The notes: a model not told the origin generated them from the sequence alone. A stretch of 64,000 nt of DNA from an uncultured Candidatus Saccharibacteria bacterium (GCA_937903325.1 CALCZR010000059.1:151547-215546), one strand, 5' to 3'; numbered from the stretch's first letter, positions 22,893 through 32,907 are shown. Translations and numbers: made by a program.

Positions 22893-23831
22893 ATGAAGTT
22901 TATAAGAAAGTACCAAAAAGCTTTACTCGTCCTAGTAGTCGTCATTTTATACATTGGCTACTATCTACTTAATCGCTCTGATTTTGCGCAGCTCAGCCAT
23001 ATCAATAAAGGCGACTTACTACTTGTGGGACTGGGATATCTGGTCATTGTCATAACCAACGGATTGTTCATTAAGCTGGTGGTGCGTCCGTTTAAGGTAC
23101 AACTTTCAGCTTACGAGAGTATTCGTGTTTCACTCATATCTTCACTTGGTAACTTTTTTGCGTCTTCTGGTGCGGGGCTTGGATTTAGGGCAGTGTACCT
23201 CAAGAAACGACATGGTTTGGGTTACCAACAGTACATAACCACGCTCTATGGTAATTATCTTCTGACTTTTATTATTAATGCCATTGCTGGGCTCGTCAGC
23301 TTACTGCTTGCACCCCAAAAAGGCGGAACAGTCTACTGGTTGGCCGTTGCATTCTTTGCAGTCCTGGCATGTTCGTCGGCAGCACTGTGTTTTGTACCGA
23401 TTCGAGCGACTCATAGGAAGGGAATCCTAGGCAAGGTGGCAAAAGTGTTGCACCAAATGACGAGTGGGTGGAAGGTACTTGCTCGAGACTACCGTTTACT
23501 AGCTGGACTGACTGGGCTAGTGACCTTACAGCTAGCTATAACCATGCTTATCTTGCGCGCAGAGGTTGCGGCACTTGGTTTGTCAGTAGGGGTGTCAGGC
23601 CTGCTATTCTTGAGTGTGCTGGGTGCACTTAGTGTCTTCATTAGTGTTACGCCAGCTAATATAGGTGTTAAGGAGGGTGTATACCTTCTAACTGCCAGTA
23701 TTGTTGGCCTGACTACTGTGCAGATTCTATCAATCGCGCTGATTGACCGTGGCGTACTGTTTATTACGCTTGGTTTGCTATGGCTTGTTGTTGGAAAGAG
23801 CCGTGAGAAAGAAAAGGGAAGTAATGCGTAA
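22893..23831 (+). CDS. Flippase-like membrane protein (LPG-synthase-TM / UPF0104 family)
   Basis: The 312-aa protein has about eight TM helices and a C-terminal VTPANIGVKEGVYLL motif typical of PF03706. Confidence 0.55.
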   Translation: MKFIRKYQKALLVLVVVILYIGYYLLNRSDFAQLSHINKGDLLLVGLGYLVIVITNGLFIKLVVRPFKVQLSAYESIRVSLISSLGNFFASSGAGLGFRAVYLKKRHGLGYQQYITTLYGNYLLTFIINAIAGLVSLLLAPQKGGTVYWLAVAFFAVLACSSAALCFVPIRATHRKGILGKVAKVLHQMTSGWKVLARDYRLLAGLTGLVTLQLAITMLILRAEVAALGLSVGVSGLLFLSVLGALSVFISVTPANIGVKEGVYLLTASIVGLTTVQILSIALIDRGVLFITLGLLWLVVGKSREKEKGSNA

Positions 23832-25272
23832 ATTGACGAACGTACTTAAGAGCCCAAGGTTGCTTACCGCAGCCATCGTTTTGTTTGCGCTGCAAGGAAT
23901 TTTCTTTTCCTTTGCGATACCGTATAAATCCCCGTCGGACGAAGAGTTTCATTTTAGGCTGACCCAGTACTATGCCCAGCGCTCTGTGCTAGCTGGTCCA
24001 GTTATTACTGAACAAACAGACAACTTTGACTTAGGGGATATTCAGCGCCCACCAGGGTATCTGTATCATTATCTGTCGAGCTTCTTGCTCAAAGTTATAC
24101 AGCCCTTTATCCGTGGTGTAGATGGGCAGGTTATTGCACTTCGCCTTGTAAATGTTGGGCTCGGGGTACTGACGATCATCCTAGCAGTTCGACTGCTTAG
24201 ACGCCTTGGTGCACGGGGTGTAACAATTAATTTAGTTGTAGCCTGGCTGGCTATTACGACCATGTTTGTCTGGCTATTTGCAGCTCTCAACTACGACAAC
24301 TTGGCTATTGTCCTGTTCTTTGTAATGCTGCATACGCTCCTCAGTCTGTACCAGAAGGTGCATATTACTCCACTGCTACTGTCGTTGATCATTAGCTTTG
24401 CTCTAATGCTAACCAAGGAAACATTCCTACCAGTTATCTTCATCTGCTATGTGCTGGTACTCATTGGACTGATCCGCAAATCTTCTCTGAATAGTCTCTG
24501 GAAGTCACTGTGCAAGTCGGTGACTGCCTCCTGGAAGGATGCAAGCCAGAAAAAGATACTTCTGCTACTGACAGTGTTTGTAGTGCTTGCTGCTGGCATG
24601 TTCTTCGAGCGATATGGTCAGAATTACCTCCGTTACCAAAAGACTACTCCGGCCTGCTCCCAGGTGCACAGCGAAGATGAGTGTATGCAGAATAGTATTT
24701 ACCGCCGCAACAAAGGACAGCGCCAAGAGTATGTGGTGTATCGCCAGAATGGCGGTAAACCAAGTATGAATATTGGGCAGTTCACTGTTAAGTGGTGGCG
24801 ACTCATCTATGAGCGCACCTACTTCTTTAGGGGGATGGCCACCACTAACCCAACCTGGCAGGCCCGGATTGTTGCCGAGGTTACTGCGCCGGTACTGCTT
24901 GTAATCGCCGGAATTGGTATGCGCAAGCGTCGATACAGCCCCCCAGAGAAAGCACTGGCCATCGTGACGGTAAGCTACGTTATATTGGTATTCCTCTATA
25001 ACCTTAATACCTATTTGTATTACGGATATCCATTTGCGATTCAGGGTCGCTACCTATTACCTGTGTTGCCACTCTTCTATTACTTTGTCGTCAGCGCCAT
25101 GCTGACAACATACCAAAAATCCTCGCTCAGTTACCGCAGAGCCATACTATCAGTACTGACCGTACTTGTGATCGCAAACTTACTGTTCCATCTCCCGCTC
25201 ATGATCTACCGCCAAAAAGGGGATCTTCTCCGACGACCCGAAGCTGGTATTACTCAGTCGTCGATTGGCTGA
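23824..25272 (+). CDS. Polytopic membrane protein, DUF2142-like paralog (putative GT-C)
   Basis: The first loop reads IPYKSPSDEEFHFRLTQYY, resembling PPFQGADETTHFLRAYQV in the 7009..8433 product. The start was set at the ATG at 23824, giving an ATGCGTAA overlap with the upstream gene. Confidence 0.5.
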   Translation: MRKLTNVLKSPRLLTAAIVLFALQGIFFSFAIPYKSPSDEEFHFRLTQYYAQRSVLAGPVITEQTDNFDLGDIQRPPGYLYHYLSSFLLKVIQPFIRGVDGQVIALRLVNVGLGVLTIILAVRLLRRLGARGVTINLVVAWLAITTMFVWLFAALNYDNLAIVLFFVMLHTLLSLYQKVHITPLLLSLIISFALMLTKETFLPVIFICYVLVLIGLIRKSSLNSLWKSLCKSVTASWKDASQKKILLLLTVFVVLAAGMFFERYGQNYLRYQKTTPACSQVHSEDECMQNSIYRRNKGQRQEYVVYRQNGGKPSMNIGQFTVKWWRLIYERTYFFRGMATTNPTWQARIVAEVTAPVLLVIAGIGMRKRRYSPPEKALAIVTVSYVILVFLYNLNTYLYYGYPFAIQGRYLLPVLPLFYYFVVSAMLTTYQKSSLSYRRAILSVLTVLVIANLLFHLPLMIYRQKGDLLRRPEAGITQSSIG

Positions 25273-26362
25273 GTTCGTTTACTGCAGAGACAATAGCATC
25301 TCTAAAGTGCTGGACTGAAAAAACTTCAGCTCGTTTCTGGATATCGCGTGCCGTGTACGCAGAAGCATCAAAGGTTTTTAAGGCCTGTTCAAGTGAAGCT
25401 GCGTTTTGCTCGGTAAAGAACCGACCGGTCTCTTTGGTAACGTAGTCGAGGGCGCCACCGGCCTTATATGCCAATAGAGGTGTGCCAGCGGCCATTGCCT
25501 CCACCGGCGCAATACCAAAGTCTTCAAAAGAAGCAAACAGAAAGGCTTCGGCACTTGCCAGCTGTTCGGGCATTTGTTCGTCGCTAACATTGGTAAGGAA
25601 TTGCACGCTTGGGCCCGCTAACTTCTGCAGGTTTGCCAGTTGAGGCCCGCGGCCAATAACTCTCAGAGGCACATTTAGCTTTGTGCAAGCCTCCACGATA
25701 ACATCCGTATGCTTAATGGTGGCCAAGCGCCCCATAGTTACGAATCCCTTGCGCTGCTGCGCTGACCTGCCTGCTGCTATGAAACGATCGGTGTTAACCG
25801 GCGGGGCAATGATATCTGAAGCTTGGTTGTAGTATTGCTGTATATCTTTCTGGATATGACTTGAAATGGCAATGTACTTGTCAGGATTTTGGGCTGCCTG
25901 GTAGTCTTTTTTGCGTAGCGGTGTAACAAGTAACTGGAGGCCAAGACGTGCAAGCCAGTTGAGCGGTCCGAGCCCAGGATTCTGGATATATGTCTGGTAG
26001 TGTCGCCAGTAGTAATGGGTAGGGGTGAAACAGTAGCACAAATGCTTAGTATTCCCCTGGGTGCGAATATGCTTTGCTTCACCATTACCGGTGCAGCTCA
26101 CAACAACATCGTAGGCGCTGAGGTCTAGGCTGCGGTACCAACGGATGCGCAGTACGCCAACGAACTTACGAAGCGTACCAAACGGCCAACGCTGCAGATA
26201 GCCAGTTACAACTTTGTTATCGAGTCGCTTCCGCCATTCGTCGGTGCAGTAGGATGCGTATATAGGGGCGTCGGGATATAGCTTATGTAGTTCTTCTACG
26301 ACTCGCTCGGCGCCTCCACCAATAATCCAGTCGGCAACAATGGCTACACGAGGCGACTTCAT
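25250..26362 (-). CDS. GT4 (GT-B) glycosyltransferase
   Basis: The N-terminus VAIVADWIIGGGAERVV and a C-terminal GT-B region are present in a 370-aa product. Confidence 0.7.
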   Translation of the reverse strand: MKSPRVAIVADWIIGGGAERVVEELHKLYPDAPIYASYCTDEWRKRLDNKVVTGYLQRWPFGTLRKFVGVLRIRWYRSLDLSAYDVVVSCTGNGEAKHIRTQGNTKHLCYCFTPTHYYWRHYQTYIQNPGLGPLNWLARLGLQLLVTPLRKKDYQAAQNPDKYIAISSHIQKDIQQYYNQASDIIAPPVNTDRFIAAGRSAQQRKGFVTMGRLATIKHTDVIVEACTKLNVPLRVIGRGPQLANLQKLAGPSVQFLTNVSDEQMPEQLASAEAFLFASFEDFGIAPVEAMAAGTPLLAYKAGGALDYVTKETGRFFTEQNAASLEQALKTFDASAYTARDIQKRAEVFSVQHFRDAIVSAVNELSQSTTE

Positions 26363-26363
26363 A

Positions 26364-27803
26364 CTAGGTATCGGTGCCCTTTAGGACGACCTTTACGGTT
26401 TTAATCAGGATCATAATGTCGAGCCAGAAGCTCCAATTCTGTACATAGTAGGTGTCGATTTTGCGTCGTTCTTCGAAGTCAATGTCATCCCGTCCTGATA
26501 CAGCAGCTAATCCGGTAAGACCAGATTTCACACTCAGGATGGTGTGTTTCTTTTCGTAGGTATTAAGTTCTTCTGGGATGAGGGCGCGTGGACCGACGAG
26601 GCTAATGTCACCCTTAAAGACATTGAATAGCTGCGGTAATTCATCTAGGCTGTACTTTCGTAGGAAGCGCCCCAAGGGAGTTATTCGGAAGTCGTCCCGA
26701 ACGTTTTTAAACTGGTTGCCGTTCTTAATGTACTCACCCAGTAGTTCTGGTTTGCCAACCATAGTAAAGACCTCTTCGTAGGACTTGCCGTCGAACTTGG
26801 CATAGTGCGAACGGAACTTGTAGACATCGAAGACGTTATTAAAGCGAGTGAGACGTTTTTGCTGAACCCCACGCATGAACACCGGTCCTTTAGGATCAGT
26901 CGCCTTGACGAGTATAGCGACTAGTAGCATTACTGGGCTGAGTACGACGAGCATGACGCTTGATACGACAATATCAAACAGGCGCTTGGCAATACGGCCC
27001 CATCCCACTAACGGGGTTTGGTGTACGGCGATCATAGGAATACCACCACCGAACAGCTCAACTTCTATATTCCCAAAAAACAGGTCGTTGTTACCCGGTA
27101 CGAAACGGTAGGCAGCGTGGTTAACTTGGGCAAAACGGAGCACCGTGTCATTCTTTTCCTGATCTTTGTATAGCTCAGTCTGGATAATGCTGTGTATAGG
27201 TCGAGAAATGTGTTCTATGGCTTCTGAAAAGTTATCAAAGTGTGGAAGCTTACCAATTTTGTCACCCACAATACCCAGTACGTGTTGACCGGTTGAGCGG
27301 GTATCAGAAATGGCCTCAGCAATTTCAACAGAACGGTCAGTACTACCTACAATCAGTACGTTACTTACCCCAACGCCGTAGCCGTACAGTAAGCGGCGGG
27401 TAAGTCGGGCTGAGGCACGAAACAGTACGAGGAATCCAAAACTGAGCGCCAGCCCATAGACTGGAACAAGCCGAGCTGGGAACAGTTTTCCGTCAGTGAG
27501 AAAGTCATAGCCGATAACTACCAGGATGCCCAATAGCGACCCAACAAGTAGGCGCCCTAACTCTACGAAGCGTTTTTCATATACCTTTTGGCTGTATAAG
27601 CCAATAAAGCCGTGTGCAATAATCCAGAAAGGCAGAACACTAAAGAGGGCAGTGAAGTAATTGCGAGCTGTTATCTGCTCTACGAGCGGTCTGGTATCGA
27701 GTTTGACACGTAGGATATACGCTAAGCTGAATGCAGCCAATAAGATGAGGAAGTCACCGATAATAAGAAGGACGGCGTAACCCACGGCGGCATTATTTTT
27801 CAT
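26364..27803 (-). CDS. Undecaprenyl-phosphate sugar phosphotransferase (WbaP/CpsE-like initiating enzyme)
   Basis: The C-terminal bacterial sugar transferase domain reads [27 protein letters not shown]...[21 protein letters not shown], with N-terminal TM helices. Confidence 0.85.
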   Translation of the reverse strand: MKNNAAVGYAVLLIIGDFLILLAAFSLAYILRVKLDTRPLVEQITARNYFTALFSVLPFWIIAHGFIGLYSQKVYEKRFVELGRLLVGSLLGILVVIGYDFLTDGKLFPARLVPVYGLALSFGFLVLFRASARLTRRLLYGYGVGVSNVLIVGSTDRSVEIAEAISDTRSTGQHVLGIVGDKIGKLPHFDNFSEAIEHISRPIHSIIQTELYKDQEKNDTVLRFAQVNHAAYRFVPGNNDLFFGNIEVELFGGGIPMIAVHQTPLVGWGRIAKRLFDIVVSSVMLVVLSPVMLLVAILVKATDPKGPVFMRGVQQKRLTRFNNVFDVYKFRSHYAKFDGKSYEEVFTMVGKPELLGEYIKNGNQFKNVRDDFRITPLGRFLRKYSLDELPQLFNVFKGDISLVGPRALIPEELNTYEKKHTILSVKSGLTGLAAVSGRDDIDFEERRKIDTYYVQNWSFWLDIMILIKTVKVVLKGTDT

Positions 27804-27820
27804 GCTTATATAGTACCGGC

Positions 27821-29110
27821 TCAGGCGTTAGGAGTCGAGGGCCCTCTACTGCTAGAAACTCGTGGTGGCTTAGCGGGGGCAACAAAGCCTACGAGAAACC
27901 CAAATAGAATAACCAGCGGATAGGTCGAGAATACGGGGATGACCAGCCCCATAACTATAAGGCCAATAAAACTGCAGAAGACGGCATAGGCAAGGGGATG
28001 GCTACTGGTATAGAGCAGATAACCCATGACTCCAATGAGACATAGGAATAAGGCCAGGCCGACTATACCGTACTGCACCCCAATATTTAAGAAGGTGCTC
28101 TCAGTTTCAATAACGTTCGGTTGCTTAAAGATACCACCAATAGCACCAGCGGTGCCCGGGCCAGAACCGCCGGGTTGTTCAAGGATGGTTCGCACGCCAG
28201 AAGTCTTGGCGTTAAAGTGGGCCGCGGTAGAATTACTATCGGTACTTTTATGCAGTAAGAATTGATTACGGAAGCCAGGAACACTAATAAGGAGCAGTGA
28301 TCCAAGCAGAATAGTGACGAGTCCGGCAATACGGAGCTTGCTAGATAACTGCTTCCATAGAGGAATAATAACGAGACCGAGTGCGACAGCACTACCAATC
28401 CAGGCGCTTCGTGAGAAGGTCAGGAACTCAAGGAGACCCAGTGCAATACAGAGCCCAATCTGCCACTTCGAGCGCTTGCCCTTTTGTACAATCAGGCTGT
28501 ACAGAATAATGGTTAGTGCCGGGATCAAAAGAGCGCCAAGCTCGTTAGGGTTGCGGGCAAAGCCCCGGGAACGGATCAGTCCTTCCGTACCAGCAGTGAG
28601 CAGAGAAGCCTGACTGCCGCACTGCCCAAAGCCAACGGCCCGATCAAGATTGTCTTGTAGGCCGACAAAATATAGCCCCAGCGATACAACGGCCAACCCA
28701 CCGAACACAAGACACATTTTCAGGACCCAGCTATTTTTAGGTGTTCTCCCTGCAAAGGTTCGGGTAATAAGAAATACCCAGAACAGACCTGCGTCGAGGG
28801 TGAGGGCGGCGAGCATCTGCGTTAGTGCTACGCGGTGCACGATGCCACTTCCTAGTATCCAGAGACTAAAGAGCCCAACTAGCACACCAACATAGCCAAT
28901 ACGTCGTAGCGACGCAAATTTACCGAGAGATACCGTGGCAGTGGCTAGCAGCACTGTTAAGACGACGATGTCGGCAATACGACCAGCGGAGCTACAATCG
29001 CTTGCCCTCAGCAGTACGCTTGAAGTGAGCCCATGTACTAGTAGGCCTACAATTGAAACAACAGATGCGACGCGAAAGAATTTACCAGGTAGGACCGGTT
29101 TTTTGCTCAT
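27821..29110 (-). CDS. O-antigen ligase/polymerase-like membrane protein (Wzy_C family)
   Basis: The protein has about 10 TM helices and a TESTFLNIGVQYGIVGL motif that fits the Wzy_C consensus (H/T-N/E-S-x-L...E-x-G). Confidence 0.6.
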   Translation of the reverse strand: MSKKPVLPGKFFRVASVVSIVGLLVHGLTSSVLLRASDCSSAGRIADIVVLTVLLATATVSLGKFASLRRIGYVGVLVGLFSLWILGSGIVHRVALTQMLAALTLDAGLFWVFLITRTFAGRTPKNSWVLKMCLVFGGLAVVSLGLYFVGLQDNLDRAVGFGQCGSQASLLTAGTEGLIRSRGFARNPNELGALLIPALTIILYSLIVQKGKRSKWQIGLCIALGLLEFLTFSRSAWIGSAVALGLVIIPLWKQLSSKLRIAGLVTILLGSLLLISVPGFRNQFLLHKSTDSNSTAAHFNAKTSGVRTILEQPGGSGPGTAGAIGGIFKQPNVIETESTFLNIGVQYGIVGLALFLCLIGVMGYLLYTSSHPLAYAVFCSFIGLIVMGLVIPVFSTYPLVILFGFLVGFVAPAKPPRVSSSRGPSTPNA

Positions 29111-30845
29111 AATCGGTCCCTAGTATGATTATGTAGTCAGGCAAAGGTTTAGTGCTAGTAGTGCCCTCGGCGGGCTTAGTGGTAGCGATCTTACTTTCAC
29201 TTGGGATGACAGTAGTTGGTAGTGTAGTGCTAATAACGGTACCAAGGCGCACGGTTAGGAAGCGCTCGGTGAATGGTTTTTTAGCATCTTTGTTAACTTT
29301 CACAATTAAGGTCTTAGTCTGTGACTCTTTGCTCGTTTCTTTCTCAAGTACCTTGTAGCCGTAGCCAGAAAGTACGTCACCGACTAGCGTGGCAACGCCC
29401 GCTTGGTTGGAACCGTTGTATACTGCGACGCTAGGTGATTCTTGCTTCAGATAAGGGTCCATCATATTAGTACGAGCATAGGCGCGAATCTTAGTGTAGT
29501 CCTGTAGTCCTGCCAGTGGCTTTACGATGGATTGGCCATTAGCCATTCCGGTTGTAACGAGGGGCGCTTTTGGATCGTCGAGATCGAGTGACTTAATAGC
29601 GCTTTCTGGCATGGTCTTCAGTTTTTCAAAGACAGTCTTTGCCTCATCGACACTCAGATCAGTACGGATATTCTTCTGCACAGCGTTGGCCAGGCTGTTT
29701 AAGCGAATAGGGTTGGCTACGATACCGGTACTGGTGGCTTTCTGGCGCATGCCAATCAGGAGGCGACGTTGGTTCTCGGTACGGTCAAAGTCACCACGGT
29801 CGCTGCCATGGCGCGTGCGGGCATACTGCAGCGCCTTATCGCCATTCATGGTTTGTTGACCTGCTTTGAAAGCCCAACCGGTGTAGCCGTCATATATAGA
29901 CTCAGGGACGTTGATATCTACGCCACCAAGGGCATTGACGACATCTCGGAAGGCTTTGTAATCGGTGAGTACGTACTTGTGGATTGGTACGCCAGCAATG
30001 TCTCGAATGGCTGAAATAGATGCCTTAATACCTTCGTCCTCTGCTTGGTCATTGGTCTTGCCGTTGTAGAGGGCCCTTGACTTAGCTCGGCTAAAGATGC
30101 CATTAACTTTGCTGTTGTCGCTGAGATCATCAACAAATGTGTCGCGGGGAATACTTAATAGAGATGCAGATTGATTCTTGAGGTCAATGCTGGCGATGAG
30201 GAGTGTATCGGTAAGATCTGGGGCGTCGTTTTCATTGCCGCCACGGCCAAGAATGAGAACGTTGAGGCGGCCGTCTCCTTCGGTATTAAGGTCTTCGGGA
30301 TTTACTTCACCGTTTAGCGCGGCAGAACTGCTGTTGCCAATGCCACGACCAAAGACGGAGTTCAAGAAACCATACAAACGGTAGCCGAGTAGGCCTCCGA
30401 GAATAAGTACAATGATAAAGCCAATAAAAGTAACCTTGAACCGGCGGGAACGGTTGCCCCACCAAGTTCGGAGCTTGCCTTTCTTCTTCTTGTCCTGGGC
30501 ATCTTTATTTCGCTTGCGCTCTCGTCGAGACAGCTTCTTCGGTTCTGAAGCGGCAAGGTCTTTTTTAGGATCAGTCTTAAAAATGTCAGTTTCCTCTTGG
30601 TCAAAGTTAGCAATGCGGGGGATTGGCTCATCGGTCTTCTCGCGGCCAATAAGTTCGGGGTCTATATCTCGCCGGCGACTGGCCAGAGACTGCCTCGGGG
30701 TACGTCCCAAACCACCTGCATGGTGGAGTTGTTCCGGCGTGGTCATAGGCCGTGGCCGCTGCGGAACGAAGCCATCCAGTGAGGTTTTTGGTGTTTGTTT
30801 TCTAAAGCGATTTTCTTCGCGCATGTGGGGTAAATTATAGCACAA
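29082..30845 (-). CDS. LytR-CpsA-Psr (LCP) family glycopolymer-peptidoglycan ligase
   Basis: The LCP core reads LNVLILGRGGNENDAPDLTDTLLIASIDLKNQSASLLSIPRDTFV. It follows a charged N-terminal tail, a single TM helix and a LytR_C-like C-terminus. Confidence 0.85.
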   Translation of the reverse strand: MCYNLPHMREENRFRKQTPKTSLDGFVPQRPRPMTTPEQLHHAGGLGRTPRQSLASRRRDIDPELIGREKTDEPIPRIANFDQEETDIFKTDPKKDLAASEPKKLSRRERKRNKDAQDKKKKGKLRTWWGNRSRRFKVTFIGFIIVLILGGLLGYRLYGFLNSVFGRGIGNSSSAALNGEVNPEDLNTEGDGRLNVLILGRGGNENDAPDLTDTLLIASIDLKNQSASLLSIPRDTFVDDLSDNSKVNGIFSRAKSRALYNGKTNDQAEDEGIKASISAIRDIAGVPIHKYVLTDYKAFRDVVNALGGVDINVPESIYDGYTGWAFKAGQQTMNGDKALQYARTRHGSDRGDFDRTENQRRLLIGMRQKATSTGIVANPIRLNSLANAVQKNIRTDLSVDEAKTVFEKLKTMPESAIKSLDLDDPKAPLVTTGMANGQSIVKPLAGLQDYTKIRAYARTNMMDPYLKQESPSVAVYNGSNQAGVATLVGDVLSGYGYKVLEKETSKESQTKTLIVKVNKDAKKPFTERFLTVRLGTVISTTLPTTVIPSESKIATTKPAEGTTSTKPLPDYIIILGTDYEQKTGPTW

Positions 30846-30977
30846 GAACTACCTTACACGTACCATATTTGTACCCCAAATCATTTGCCGCGCAGGTGCA
30901 CCAACAGATGATTACATCTAGCTTACCTTGGTTAACCTTATGATATACTGAAGAAAAGCTAAAAACAGACAGTCAAA

Positions 30978-31424
30978 ATGAAAAGAAAAAAACTAACTAA
31001 AAAGCGCCAACGACAACTAATGCAGCTCGCTGAGTATCTCGTTAGCGGCGGCGCCTTTTTCTGGACTGGCTACCTGGTATTCTTTATTGCCGACAAGGGT
31101 CTTGGCCTAGATCTGTGGTGGGCGAAGCTCATTGCCAATATTAGTGGTTGGGTTGTGAACTACCTACTGCAGCGCTACTGGGTCTTTAATAGTAAGCAAC
31201 TCGGCAAACACCAAACAGAAGTTACCGAACGCTACATCTTTATTACGGCCGTTAACTTCTTGCTGGACTTTATAATCGTGAGCACACTCAAGACTGCAGG
31301 TATTACGCCGTATCTTGGCCAGTTTGCCTCAGCCGGCTTCTTTACGGTCTGGAATTATGTATGGTACCGCTTCTGGGTATTTCCCGAGCACAGTCACCGA
31401 CACAAAAGGCACGCAACGGTATAG
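30978..31424 (+). CDS. GtrA-family membrane protein
   Basis: The 148-aa ORF has four TM helices, and AEYLVSGGAFFWTGYLVFF resembles the GtrA N-terminus. Confidence 0.55.
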   Translation: MKRKKLTKKRQRQLMQLAEYLVSGGAFFWTGYLVFFIADKGLGLDLWWAKLIANISGWVVNYLLQRYWVFNSKQLGKHQTEVTERYIFITAVNFLLDFIIVSTLKTAGITPYLGQFASAGFFTVWNYVWYRFWVFPEHSHRHKRHATV

Positions 31425-31426
31425 CT

Positions 31427-31912
31427 ATGGCACAAGATAACTCAACTGCTGAAAAGTCTATCCGGCCAACCAAAAAGCAACGAGAAATACTTACCTATAT
31501 AGAAACCTTTATTGCTGAGCACGGGTACAGCCCCAGTTACCGGGAGATTATGAAGGGCCTCAACTACACATCGGTAGCCACGGTGTCATTACACGTAAAT
31601 AGCCTTATTACCCGAGGGCATCTCCGCAAACGCGACCATTCGGCTCGGTCTATTGAAGTAGTGCAGCCTTCTGAGGCTCCCAAAGTCACCAGTAACCAAG
31701 TAACAGCGAGCCAAGAGAAGTGGTTAGTTAAGCAGATTGAACAGCGCTTTAGTGAACTTGAGAACCTGCCACGTCCAAAGTCAGACGATATAGACGCCCT
31801 GTACGTGCTGGTCGGAGCACTCAAAATCCTGGGGCTGGATGGTGCAGCCCATTCCTTTATCCCGCGCCTGGGTCCACTGAAAGATAAAACGGTTAACCCG
31901 GCCGATAAGTAG
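31427..31912 (+). CDS. LexA-type winged-helix DNA-binding protein lacking the S24 peptidase domain
   Basis: LTKKQREILTYIETFIAEHGYSPSYREIMKGLNYTSVATVSLHVNSLITRGHLRKR matches the LexA N-terminal domain. The C-terminal 90 aa have no Ser-Lys dyad or GDSM motif. The start was set at the ATG at 31427, 2 nt after the upstream stop. Confidence 0.65.
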   Translation: MAQDNSTAEKSIRPTKKQREILTYIETFIAEHGYSPSYREIMKGLNYTSVATVSLHVNSLITRGHLRKRDHSARSIEVVQPSEAPKVTSNQVTASQEKWLVKQIEQRFSELENLPRPKSDDIDALYVLVGALKILGLDGAAHSFIPRLGPLKDKTVNPADK

Positions 31913-31926
31913 GTATACTAGTAGTA

Positions 31927-32733
31927 ATGGTTATATTACAGGCAATTATTCTAGGTATTATCGAGGGGCTCACTGAGTTCCTGCCTATCTCTAGTACCGG
32001 TCACCTGATCGTGACTGAGAAGGCCATGGGTTACTATGACGCCGCAGAGCTGTTTACGGTAGTGATTCAGCTCGGCGCTATTGCTGCCGTTATCTGGCAC
32101 TTCCGCAAGGATCTCATTGCTAAGTTCGCCGGCCTTATTAAGCGGGACAAGAAGACCATCAAGTTCTGGCAGCGCTGGATTATTGCCACTATTCCTGCTG
32201 GCATCATTGGCTTTTTGGCGAGCGACTCACTGAGCCGCTTTGCAACCCCTACAACCGTAGCTATTTCATTAATCATCGGCGGTATTGTCATCTGGCTTAT
32301 CGAATCATTCCACCAACCAAAACCGTCAAAGGAACAACCCCAGTTTGACCAGTTGACGCTCAAACAGGCCGTACAAGTCGGCTGCTATCAAATACTTGCT
32401 CTTATTCCGGGAGTGTCTCGTTCCGGTGCAACTATCATGGGCGGACTAGTAGCTGGGCTGGACAGGGTGACGGCCACAGCCTTTTCGTTCTATCTCAGCA
32501 TTCCTATTCTTGTATTAGCTGGGGGCTACAAGCTTGCTACGGATCACGACAAAATTGCACTAGTGTCAGGTGGGTCAACTGCATTGCTTGTGGGTACTGC
32601 AACCGCTTTTATATCAGCCCTGGCGGTAGTGAATTGGCTGCTGCACTATGTTGCCAAGAACGACTTTAAGGCTTTTGCAGCTTACCGAATTGCTTTCGGT
32701 GTTGCTATCCTGTTTACTGTCGCTCGTTGGTAA
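31927..32733 (+). CDS. uppP: Undecaprenyl-diphosphatase
   Basis: EGLTEFLPISSTGHLIV...GVSRSGATIMGGL are the BacA/UppP signature motifs. Confidence 0.9.
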   Translation: MVILQAIILGIIEGLTEFLPISSTGHLIVTEKAMGYYDAAELFTVVIQLGAIAAVIWHFRKDLIAKFAGLIKRDKKTIKFWQRWIIATIPAGIIGFLASDSLSRFATPTTVAISLIIGGIVIWLIESFHQPKPSKEQPQFDQLTLKQAVQVGCYQILALIPGVSRSGATIMGGLVAGLDRVTATAFSFYLSIPILVLAGGYKLATDHDKIALVSGGSTALLVGTATAFISALAVVNWLLHYVAKNDFKAFAAYRIAFGVAILFTVARW

Positions 32734-32803
32734 GACTGACGAAAATAATACTACATATAGCGTTAGCAGCTTGTGCTACACTACTAGCACTTAACAAAAC
32801 AAA

Positions 32804-32907
32804 TGCTGGAATCCCGTGTAATTCGGGAACTGTGCCGCAACGGTAAGCTGCCTGACTCTACGGAGAAAGCAGACAAGTCCGATCTAGCAATTAAAGACTT
32901 CCGAGCA
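32804..32907 (+). ncRNA. Candidate structured RNA / cis-regulatory leader (long imperfect hairpin, UACG apical tetraloop)
   Basis: UGCUGGAA (32804-32811) pairs with UUCCgAGCA (32899-32907). Inside are a local UCCCG/CGGGA stem, CUGC/GCAG and CUC/GAG stems around a UACG loop at 32859-32862. The 3' arm overlaps a GGAG 16 nt upstream of the 32925 ATG. Weak similarity to SRP RNA helix 8 (GGAGAAAGCAGACAAG) is unconfirmed. Confidence 0.3.

Noticed and set aside
29527-30840. Plus-strand ORFs of 110, 81, 68 and 142 aa
   Set aside because: They are antisense to the LCP gene and have no motifs.
32804-32907. Assignment of the structured element as SRP (4.5S) RNA
   Set aside because: The 3' arm resembles the helix-8 AGCAG motif, but the 5' arm lacks the conserved symmetric-loop CAGG and the apical loop is UACG rather than GNRA. 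I kept it only as an unclassified candidate.
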